The position numbers were made by a program, and so were the translations under genes. From NCBI GenBank assembly GCA_043734305.1, contig JAYTFO010000255.1, positions 1 through 51,763 on the forward strand: a stretch of 51,763 nt of DNA, given 5' to 3'. This document shows positions 8,920 to 18,455 of the stretch, piece by piece. Every line of letters begins with the position of its first letter. The stretch's first letter is position 1. The notes beneath the pieces are model-generated. The model saw only the letters and a program-made list of their open reading frames with translations, was not told where the DNA came from and did no database searches. This stretch comes from Acidobacteriota bacterium (GTDB lineage Bacteria > Acidobacteriota > Terriglobia > Terriglobales > Acidobacteriaceae).

Positions 8920-10234
8920 ACCAACCTGTGTCTTCCCGTTTCACAATCGCGATCGCACCGTTGCCGCTGCCTTCGGGCCAGAGCGCAACGATCGGCCCAT
9001 CGAATTCCACCGGAGCACTGGCTACGACCGGGTCGCGATCAGGAATCTCGAAAGCGCGCAGACTGTCCTGCGCAGGACCTCCACTTTCGGACACCAGCAA
9101 CTGCGTGCCGGTTCCACAACTCGAATGGATGGCGGCCAGATCGCTGCCCCACTTCGCTCCGCGAATCACCTGATCGGTCATACCGTCCAGCATGTGGATC
9201 GATCCATCCACGGCCGCGATTATCCACAGCGTGTAGCCGGAACGCGGCAAGGCCGCTGTCGAATAGAACGATGGACCGTTGGAGACTTTTCCGATGCCGG
9301 GGGAGAATCCGCCCGTGAAGAAATTGCGCGCCGGAGCAAAGAAAGCGCGTACTCCGCCGTCATCGACGGTCAGGGGCCAGGGATCGTCGCTGTCACTGCA
9401 AGCAAGCGCGAGCGGTGCCGTCACACTGGACCGGCAAATTGTTCCGGGAAGGTAAACATCGAAGAGATGATCGCGCCGAAGCAGCAGGCGTCCGCGAAGG
9501 TCGCGAGGAAAGATGCGCGAATGTGCGATCGCGAGCGACGCTTCCAGTTCCCAGCGTCCGGCTTGCTGACGAAAGACGCCGACCTGGCTCGCATCGAGCA
9601 CGAGCAGGCGCGGCCCGCCGGACATTTCCAGCACGGCGGCATCGAGGATGAGTTGCTCCTGCGCGAGCAAGAAAATTTTTCTAACCACGAGCGGCATTGC
9701 GGACGCCGGCCCGGCGCCCGATTGCGCGCGCGGTGCTGCCACCAGCACCACTTTCCGTTCGTCCGCGCCGATCGTAATTTCCGCCGACCACACATATTCG
9801 CGGACGCTCTCCGAGAGCGTGACCTGTACCGATCCCATCGCCTCTTCAGCCTTAGCCGTGCGAACACCTTCGGTACGCAACTCGGCTTCGAGCGCGCTGC
9901 GCACTTCGCGGACGGCCTTGTCATCAAGCGAGGAACGGTTCGTGACCTCGAGGGCGACCGCTCCCGGGCCGGTGGCGGATGCAATCTTGTGCGCCAGTTG
10001 ACGAGCGGAGTCGCCTAAGACAGAAGCGGACGCAGATGCGGGGAACACAGCAAGCGTAAAAATCAACGTAATAAAGGTGGAGTGTACAAAGACGACCGAT
10101 GCCAGCCGACCCGCCCGCAGACCGCCTGACCAGCGCCCGTGCATGTGTGGAATGGGCTGATTATAGCGCGTGGGATGGCCGGAATCGTTCATGAGAGTTT
10201 CTCGGGTGGGCTTGCGCCGTTCGTCCTTCGCCAT
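8882..10234 (-). CDS. Hypothetical secreted protein (up to 450 aa)
   Basis: Signal-like segment VFVHSTFITLIFTLAVFPASASA. No motif recognised. The true start may be an internal Met (10192 or 10144). The stop overlaps the SBP-like gene by 38 nt. Confidence 0.5.
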   Translation of the reverse strand: MAKDERRKPTRETLMNDSGHPTRYNQPIPHMHGRWSGGLRAGRLASVVFVHSTFITLIFTLAVFPASASASVLGDSARQLAHKIASATGPGAVALEVTNRSSLDDKAVREVRSALEAELRTEGVRTAKAEEAMGSVQVTLSESVREYVWSAEITIGADERKVVLVAAPRAQSGAGPASAMPLVVRKIFLLAQEQLILDAAVLEMSGGPRLLVLDASQVGVFRQQAGRWELEASLAIAHSRIFPRDLRGRLLLRRDHLFDVYLPGTICRSSVTAPLALACSDSDDPWPLTVDDGGVRAFFAPARNFFTGGFSPGIGKVSNGPSFYSTAALPRSGYTLWIIAAVDGSIHMLDGMTDQVIRGAKWGSDLAAIHSSCGTGTQLLVSESGGPAQDSLRAFEIPDRDPVVASAPVEFDGPIVALWPEGSGNGAIAIVKREDTGWYEAYRISIVCGS

Positions 10235-10300
10235 TCGCTGTTCGGTTTCGCTTACAGGCCGGTCTGGCGAACGACGAACAGCGAACGACGTTTCCTGCTA

Positions 10301-11617
10301 CTACTTATCGTCTCCCGCGTCTTGAGCCTGACTAACATGGTTTGCCGGATTCATCCCGCGCATCACGTCGTTGGTGAAAAAGAATTTTCCGTCTGCCGGG
10401 ACCATCATGATCTGCAATTTGTCCGACAAGCGCTCGGCGATAATTTTGTTAATCAGCAGCGGATTCTGTTTCAGCACCACACCTTCGTTCTTCATGCGCT
10501 CGGCGTCGGCGATGGCGGTGATCCGGATGCGCTCGGCTTCGGCCTGCGCCAGCAGCTTGCGGCGCTCCATCTCGGCCTTGCTGTCGATGATCTTGGCTTC
10601 GCCGGCGGCTTCCGCGCCCTTGACGGTAGTTTCCTTGCGCGCCTCGGCTTCGAGTTTCGACTGCTCAATCTGTTTCTGTTTCAGCGGGAGCAAGTACAGC
10701 ATCGCGTCCGCTTCGCCCTTGGCCTGGAGAACGCGCACGGCGGCCTGACCTTCGGCTTGCTTCACTTGTTGCACCTTGCTGGCATCGGCGTCGGCTTCGG
10801 CGATCTTCACTTGTTTCTGGTGGATCTCGGTCTCGACTCCCATGCGATCGTTCTCTTGTTCTTTCAGCAGCAGAGATTCCAGCCCCTGTGCGTATTCCTG
10901 TGGAAGTTGGATGTCGCGCAGCATGACTTCCTTCACGACGATGCCGTCGGCGGCAAGGCGTTTACGAATCATCTCCGACGCCTTCTGGCGAACCTCTTCG
11001 CGTTTGCTGGAAAATACTTCGCGGACGGTGTAAGCAGGAACGATCTCGCGCCAGGCAGTTGCTACGACGGGCGGCACGATTTCTTTTTCCAGCGGTTGCG
11101 GCAGGTTTGCCTGGATGAAGTCCAGATGCTTTGGATCGACCTGATAGCGCACGGTGATGGCGAGGCCCAGCACGAGTCCTTCTTTCGCTTGGACATTCAG
11201 CGCCTCGCCCTTGGCGGCTCCCTTGGCGAGTGAATTTTCGCTGATGCCGGTGGTGAACAACTGATCGCGCGTGTTGAACAGTTCGATGTGCTCGGCCAGA
11301 GGTGTGACGAAATGCACGCCCGGATACAGCGTCCCGGCGAGCGTGCCATGGGTCAGGCTCACGCGGACGCCGGCCGTCCCGCTGGGCACAAACACGATGG
11401 CCGCGGAAATCAGCAGCGGCGCCCAGGCCAGCATCCCGAGCGCGATGGAAGTCCGCCAGCGCACGGGCGGTGCATAAGCCACCGGCGCGTCAGCCAGCAC
11501 GTTGAGGCGCGAACGCCGGTATGCCAACAGTAGATACAGATCGTAGCTGAGAATTCCAACGGCGATCGCGAACATCGCGATCCCCGCGCCGACAAGCACA
11601 TATTTCAGCAACAGCAT
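10301..11617 (-). CDS. SPFH/band-7 (prohibitin-flotillin family) membrane protein with a long coiled-coil tail
   Basis: 438 aa; two N-terminal TM segments; SPFH-like core (GVRVSLTHG...YPGVHFVTPL...VVKEVMLRDIQLPQEY); E/K/A/Q-rich C-terminus. SD GAGAGGAG upstream. Confidence 0.82.
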   Translation of the reverse strand: MLLLKYVLVGAGIAMFAIAVGILSYDLYLLLAYRRSRLNVLADAPVAYAPPVRWRTSIALGMLAWAPLLISAAIVFVPSGTAGVRVSLTHGTLAGTLYPGVHFVTPLAEHIELFNTRDQLFTTGISENSLAKGAAKGEALNVQAKEGLVLGLAITVRYQVDPKHLDFIQANLPQPLEKEIVPPVVATAWREIVPAYTVREVFSSKREEVRQKASEMIRKRLAADGIVVKEVMLRDIQLPQEYAQGLESLLLKEQENDRMGVETEIHQKQVKIAEADADASKVQQVKQAEGQAAVRVLQAKGEADAMLYLLPLKQKQIEQSKLEAEARKETTVKGAEAAGEAKIIDSKAEMERRKLLAQAEAERIRITAIADAERMKNEGVVLKQNPLLINKIIAERLSDKLQIMMVPADGKFFFTNDVMRGMNPANHVSQAQDAGDDK

Positions 11618-11641
11618 GGTGGTACTCCTCTCAATTTGTGC

Positions 11642-11794
11642 TCAATTTTTTTGCCCTGGGTTGGAAGGTTCCGGGCGGCGGGCAAACACCACGCGGAAGA
11701 TGCGTCCGAAAATGAGTTCTTCGATGAGTAAGGCGGTGGCCAGCGAGAACGTTAGCCCGCCGATGACGACCAGAAATTCAAGCAGCGTTTCCAT
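11642..11794 (-). CDS. Small single-TM protein (50 aa), candidate first gene of the SPFH operon
   Basis: Own translation: METLLEFLVVIGGLTFSLATALLIEELIFGRIFRVVFARRPEPSNPGQKN. SD GGGGGAG lies 8 nt upstream and a sigma-54-like promoter ~45 nt upstream. Below the 60-aa ORF-track cut-off. Confidence 0.4.
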   Translation of the reverse strand: METLLEFLVVIGGLTFSLATALLIEELIFGRIFRVVFARRPEPSNPGQKN

Positions 11795-11824
11795 GATTGC
11801 GCTCCCCCTTGCACCTAAACAAAA

Positions 11825-11840
11825 AGCACGCGCAGAGCCA
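11825..11840 (-). promoter_or_regulatory. Candidate sigma-54 (-24/-12) promoter
   Basis: The minus strand reads CTGGCTCTGCGCGTGCT, compared with the consensus YTGGCACGrNNNTTGCW. The invariant GG and GC are at the correct 10-nt spacing, with 3 mismatches at non-invariant positions. An SD and ATG follow within ~30 nt. Confidence 0.4.
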
Positions 11841-11911
11841 GAGCTATGTGATTGTAAATAGGACGGTTAAACGGTCGATCTGATCGCGATTCGTGTCCAG
11901 TGGGAGGCGGC

Positions 11912-11929
11912 CGTGTCACGGGTGACACG
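11912..11929. promoter_or_regulatory. Perfect 8-2-8 palindrome CGTGTCAC-GG-GTGACACG (candidate UAS or operator)
   Basis: Seen directly. Centred ~80 bp upstream of the sigma-54 -24 element (minus direction) and ~70 bp upstream of the recX ATG (plus direction). Confidence 0.4.
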
Positions 11930-11990
11930 AACCCGCCGATCTGGCGAATCATCTATTTCGCGCGGCCGAACTACGCGCTATGGTGTAGGT

Positions 11991-12536
11991 ATGAGTTTTG
12001 GTCGTCCCAGAAAACTCTTTACCGAAGCCGAACTGTACGAGTACGCCGTGGGAGCGCTCGGTCGGCGCGCGCGTTCGGTTGCGGAACTGAAACGCCTGCT
12101 GCGAAATCGAGTCGAGGCCGACACGGAAATTGGCAAAACGCTGGTGGAGTTGATCATCGTTCGCCTGACGGATCGCGGGTATTTGAACGACGCGAAATAC
12201 GCCGCGGCTTTTTCTTCCTACCGTCGCGATAACGAAAAGTTCGGAAGCCGGCGAGTCATCACCGATCTAAGAATCAAAGGCGTGCATCCGGAAGTGATCG
12301 AAAAGGCCGTGGCCTCCGCCTATGAAGACGTAAGCGAAGAGAAGCTCGCACGCGATTTCCTGCGCCGCAAACGCTTCCAGAAGCCGAAGGACCAGAAGGA
12401 AACAGCGCGTATTTTCCGGCGGCTGATGCGCGCGGGGTTCGGGTCAAAGACGATCTTCACGATTCTCAAGAAGTGGGATATGGACGACGAGACTTTGATG
12501 GCACTGGAAGGCGAAACGCTGGACGAGACAGGATGA
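11991..12536 (+). CDS. recX: Recombination regulator RecX
   Basis: RecX-like three-repeat helical pattern (ELYEYAVGALGRRARSVAELKRLL..., GYLNDAKYAAAF..., GSRRVITDLRIKGV...). Start moved to ATG 11991; the track ORF from 11913 has an alternative start. Confidence 0.8.
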   Translation: MSFGRPRKLFTEAELYEYAVGALGRRARSVAELKRLLRNRVEADTEIGKTLVELIIVRLTDRGYLNDAKYAAAFSSYRRDNEKFGSRRVITDLRIKGVHPEVIEKAVASAYEDVSEEKLARDFLRRKRFQKPKDQKETARIFRRLMRAGFGSKTIFTILKKWDMDDETLMALEGETLDETG

Positions 12537-12545
12537 ACATCCGCA

Positions 12546-12598
12546 GTTTTCCTTTGCGACCTTCGCGATTCCTTTCCGCGCTTTGCGGTTACGGATTT
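12546..12598. repeat. Dispersed-type intergenic repeat (GTTTTCCTTTGCGACCTTCGCGATTCCTTTCCGCGCTTTGCGGTTACGGATTT)
   Basis: Recognised from memory as a repeat that yields spurious RKGIAKVAKENCG-like ORFs in soil-bacterial genomes. One copy in this window, just after the recX stop. Confidence 0.5.
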
Positions 12599-12733
12599 TT
12601 CTCGATAACCTCAGGAGATTTCCTTTAGGCATTCAACCTATTTAGGTTGGGATCGCCACCGGCGGCGCAGCTTGCATCCACGCTGCCTCATCCCTCATAC
12701 TCAATCCATCCCAAGTTCACAACTGGAGGAATC

Positions 12734-13144
12734 ATGAAATACAAATTGTCTTTCGCCGTGCTCGCTCTGGCGGCGTTTGCCTACGGTCAGGATGCTGCCA
12801 CCGATGTGAAGGAAGCTGCCAAGGACACCGGCCACGCCACCAAGACCGCCGCAACCAAGACCGCGCACGCCACCACGAAGGCGGCCGACAAGACGGCTGA
12901 TGCGACGACCCACGCAGCCAAGGCAACGGCTCACGGGACCGCAAAGGCGGCCGACAAGACGGCTGACGCTACAACCGACGCAGCGAAGAAGACCGCGCAC
13001 GGAACCGCGAAAGCCGCCGACAAGACTGAAGACGCCACCGAAGGTGCTGCCAAGAAGACCGGCAATGCCATCACGAAAGGCGCCAAGGGCACGGCTCACG
13101 GCGTGAAAAAAGGCGCCGAGGCGACCGCTGACGCAGTAAAGTAA
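12734..13144 (+). CDS. Secreted Ala/Lys/Thr-rich tandem-repeat protein (LEA-like / apolipoprotein-like amphipathic repeats)
   Basis: SD GGAGG precedes the ATG at 12734; signal peptide MKYKLSFAVLALAAFAYG; then three 22-aa units AHGTAKAADKTADATTDAAKKT plus degenerate copies. Confidence 0.6.
   Translation: MKYKLSFAVLALAAFAYGQDAATDVKEAAKDTGHATKTAATKTAHATTKAADKTADATTHAAKATAHGTAKAADKTADATTDAAKKTAHGTAKAADKTEDATEGAAKKTGNAITKGAKGTAHGVKKGAEATADAVK
12863..13060 (+). repeat. Three tandem 66-bp coding repeats
   Basis: The 22-aa units AHATTKAADKTADATTHAAKAT, AHGTAKAADKTADATTDAAKKT and AHGTAKAADKTEDATEGAAKKT are also repeated at the DNA level. Confidence 0.7.
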
Positions 13145-13155
13145 CGTCTGGTCGG

Positions 13156-14010
13156 CTACGAAGTTTTGGCGGTTCCTCCAGTGAGTTGCTGGCGGAGGAG
13201 GTCCTCCACGTCGCCGATCTTGTCGCCGAGTAGATGCATCTTGTGGGCGAGGCCTTGAATCTCGGCCTCGGCCCGGCGGTTGACGTCGTAGTCCAACTCG
13301 CCGCGCAACCGGTCCTTTTTGTCCTGCCGGTTCTGGCTCATCATGATCACCGGCGCCTGGATCGCCGCCAGCATCGACAGAAACAGATTGAGCAGGATGA
13401 ACGGATAGGGATCCCAGGCCCGCCCGCGCAGCCCGATGTTGATGGCGGTATAGGTGAGCAGCACGAAGCCGAAGGTCGTGATGAAAGTCCACGATCCGCC
13501 AAAGCTGGCGACCACGTCGGCAATTCGCTCACCCAGAGTTTCCTCTTGCTCGATGATTTCGTTCAGATTCCGCATGGCGCGCACCCGCACCAGATGCTGC
13601 GCGGCGTGAAATTGTTTTCCCAGAACCGAAAGCATGTCCATGCCGGCCATGGGCTTGCGCTGGAGCAGAATGGCGATGTCTTCGCGATCCACTTCGATGC
13701 AGACCGACTCTTCCAGCGCGTTGGCGTTGGTCTGATGCGGCGTCATGTCGAGCATGGAAGCGAATCCAAAAAATTCTCCGTGGACGGGTTCATCCACAAC
13801 CACTTCCTGATGATCTTCGTCCACGGTCGTGACCCGGATCATTCCCGTCACCAGTACATAGGCCTGTCCGCTCGCATCGCCCATCTTCCAGATACGTTGG
13901 CGGGCAGCGAATGTCTTCACCTCAACCTGCGCCGCCAACACCGCGGTTTCGTCGTCGTCGAGTAAAGCAAAGAGTGGAACTTGCTTGAGAATTTCTGGAT
14001 TGCACGGCAT
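13156..14010 (-). CDS. Cyclic-nucleotide-binding domain fused to a DUF1003 membrane domain
   Basis: The N-terminus is cNMP-binding-like (VPLFALLDDDETAVLAA...GDASGQAYVLVTGMIRV). The C-terminus is DUF1003-like (FGGSWTFI...WDPYPFILLNLFLSMLAAIQAPVIMMSQNRQ). Start set at ATG 14010, with GGAGGAG upstream. Confidence 0.78.
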   Translation of the reverse strand: MPCNPEILKQVPLFALLDDDETAVLAAQVEVKTFAARQRIWKMGDASGQAYVLVTGMIRVTTVDEDHQEVVVDEPVHGEFFGFASMLDMTPHQTNANALEESVCIEVDREDIAILLQRKPMAGMDMLSVLGKQFHAAQHLVRVRAMRNLNEIIEQEETLGERIADVVASFGGSWTFITTFGFVLLTYTAINIGLRGRAWDPYPFILLNLFLSMLAAIQAPVIMMSQNRQDKKDRLRGELDYDVNRRAEAEIQGLAHKMHLLGDKIGDVEDLLRQQLTGGTAKTS

Positions 14011-14281
14011 TTCTTCTCTCCTCCGAAGCACAGAGAGGATTGCACAACTCATTGGCCCAGACAACCGGATGTTCCAGATACCAACGAATCCATTCTGGAG
14101 AGCCCCAGCCGCGAATCGGCGAAGTATGAAAGCCCGGCACGTGAGTGCCGGGTGGCTGCGGGGAAAGAATCGAGTCCCGCGAGGGACAACACTTTGCCGC
14201 GGAGGAAGGCACCAGCTCGCGTCAGCACATTCGCCCGTTCGCTGTGCCCCATTCGGTTATTCATTTAGAATTTAAGTTTCC

Positions 14282-17129
<2,848 letters not shown>

Positions 17130-17143
<14 letters not shown>

Positions 17144-17252
17144 GAGGTGAGATTGCAGAGGTAGGCTGCGAGCTACGAGCTGCGAGCCAGGACTGGGGAT
17201 AGCTCGCAGCTCGAAGCCCGAAGCTTGTATCGTTGCAGTCTAACCTCTGACC
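17130..17252. repeat. Nested word-hairpin: outer CAGAGGT-family arms enclosing inner GCTGCGA-family arms
   Basis: Outer left arm ggtcagaggtaagaggtgagattgcagaggta contains the alaS stop (17141-17143). Inner arms are gctgcgagctacgagctgcgagcc and agctcgcagctcgaagcccgaagc. Outer right arm is gttgcagtctaacctctgacc. Confidence 0.8.
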
Positions 17253-17271
17253 ACGGGAAGACGTTTCAATC

Positions 17272-17634
17272 ATGGACGATCGCATTCACTTCATCAAACA
17301 CAAGGGCAAACAGATTCTGTTCTGCGACTTTACGAATGCCACGGCCCATCAGATGCTGTTGCTGGTGGAACACATCCGCGTCGTGGTGGCGCGGCACACT
17401 AGCGAATTGATGGTCACCTTAGGCGATTTCACCGGTGCGGAAGTGGATCGTACGGTTGCCACGAAGATCAAAGAAGTACTCACTCTCGATCGTCCGTTCG
17501 TGAAGAAGACGGCCTGGGTCGGCACCGAACACATTCCGCACGCCGTCATGGAAGGCTTTCACACATTCTCCCAACGCACCATCGCCACGTTTAAGACGCG
17601 GGAAGAAGCAATGGACTGGCTGGTGGAAGAATAG
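17272..17634 (+). CDS. Hypothetical protein, STAS/SpoIIAA-like (DUF3478-like) fold suspected
   Basis: 120 aa. Layout resembles small STAS/SEC14-type proteins (ends ...FKTREEAMDWLVEE). Weak assignment made from memory. Confidence 0.45.
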   Translation: MDDRIHFIKHKGKQILFCDFTNATAHQMLLLVEHIRVVVARHTSELMVTLGDFTGAEVDRTVATKIKEVLTLDRPFVKKTAWVGTEHIPHAVMEGFHTFSQRTIATFKTREEAMDWLVEE

Positions 17635-17728
17635 TTCTCAGTTCTCAGTTCTCAGCGGGCGATGCCGGCGGCATTGTTCAGGTCGCGATTTTGTTTTTAC
17701 TGAGAACTGAGAACCGGGAACTGAGAAC
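17635..17728. repeat. Word-hairpin element, CTGAGAA family
   Basis: Left arm is ttctcag x3, starting immediately after the stop at 17634. Right arm ctgagaactgagaaccgggaactgagaac is followed by tcttttctt. Confidence 0.9.
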
Positions 17729-17735
17729 TCTTTTC

Positions 17736-17764
17736 TTGACATAGCTATCTCACATAGCTATCAT
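17736..17764 (+). promoter_or_regulatory. Candidate sigma-70 promoter with twin palindromic operators for the Phd/VapC operon
   Basis: TTGACA (17736-17741), 17-nt spacer, TATCAT (17759-17764), with the ATG only 6 nt further on (near-leaderless). ATAGCTAT palindromes at 17741-17748 and 17754-17761. Confidence 0.5.
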
Positions 17765-17770
17765 AGTTAC

Positions 17771-18016
17771 ATGCAGGTCAGTGTCGCGAATGCCAAAAAC
17801 AAGCTGCCGGAATTGATTAAGGCGGTCGAAGATGGCGAGCCCGTGACGATCTGCCGCCGGGGTGTGCCGGTGGTGGATCTGGTGCGCACGAAGAAGCCCA
17901 GCCGCAAGCAAAGGACGCTGGGGACGCTGAAAGGAAAAATTCACGTTCTCGATCCGAACTGGTGGAAGCCGATGACGGACGAAGAGGTGGAAAATTTCCT
18001 CGCGGGGCGCGACTGA
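17771..18016 (+). CDS. Type II antitoxin, Phd/YefM family
   Basis: 81 aa; N-terminus MQVSVANAKNKLPELIKAVEDGEPVTICRRGVPVVDLV is typical of Phd/YefM-type antitoxins. Stop lies 1 nt before the toxin start. Confidence 0.8.
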   Translation: MQVSVANAKNKLPELIKAVEDGEPVTICRRGVPVVDLVRTKKPSRKQRTLGTLKGKIHVLDPNWWKPMTDEEVENFLAGRD

Positions 18017-18017
18017 C

Positions 18018-18398
18018 GTGCGCCTGCTTCTGGACACGGCGGTTCTGATCTATGCGGTGGAATCGCCGGAGCGACTCAGCAAGCGTGCCTCCGCTGCCTT
18101 GCGGAACCCCTCAAATATTCTTGAGTTGAGCGCGGTTTCGCTGGTCGAGATCGCGATCAAGGCTTCCCTGGGCAAGCTTAGAATTTCAGAAGCGGTGGCG
18201 CGACAGGCCGTTGAGGATCTGGATATCCGCGTACTGCCCTACACCGCCGCGCATGCATTTCAACTTTTCAGCCTTCCTCTGCACCACGGCGATCCTTTCG
18301 ATCGCCAGATTATTGCCCAGGCGTTGTCCGAAAAAATTCCGGTCGCGAGCCCCGATGAGAAGTTCGGTCTTTACGCGGGGCTTAAGATCGTCTGGTGA
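18018..18398 (+). CDS. vapC: PIN-domain toxin (VapC family)
   Basis: 126 aa; GTG start; LLLDT acidic N-terminus and C-terminal DPFDRQIIAQA motif, typical of PIN toxins paired with Phd-type antitoxins. Confidence 0.82.
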   Translation: MRLLLDTAVLIYAVESPERLSKRASAALRNPSNILELSAVSLVEIAIKASLGKLRISEAVARQAVEDLDIRVLPYTAAHAFQLFSLPLHHGDPFDRQIIAQALSEKIPVASPDEKFGLYAGLKIVW

Positions 18399-18455
18399 GC
18401 GGTGGCTGGTTCTCAGTTCGGTGAGTTAACTCGTGTGCAGTCTATTGCGGAACGT

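Noticed and set aside
11616-11861. Plus-strand 81-aa ORF upstream of the SPFH gene
   Set aside because: It lacks an SD and has non-protein-like composition. The opposite strand carries a 50-codon TM ORF with an SD and a promoter-like element in the right order.
12701-13492. 263-aa minus-strand ORF spanning the LEA-like gene and the 3' end of the cNMP-DUF1003 gene
   Set aside because: It is the antisense reading of the Ala/Lys/Thr repeat gene, giving an Arg/Gly/Pro-rich product. It also crosses two better-supported genes.
14133-14152. CCCGGCAC-GTGA-GTGCCGGG hairpin considered as a sigma-54 promoter (GGCAC...TGC)
   Set aside because: The GG-to-GC spacing is one nucleotide short of the invariant -24/-12 spacing. 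It was kept only as an unexplained hairpin.
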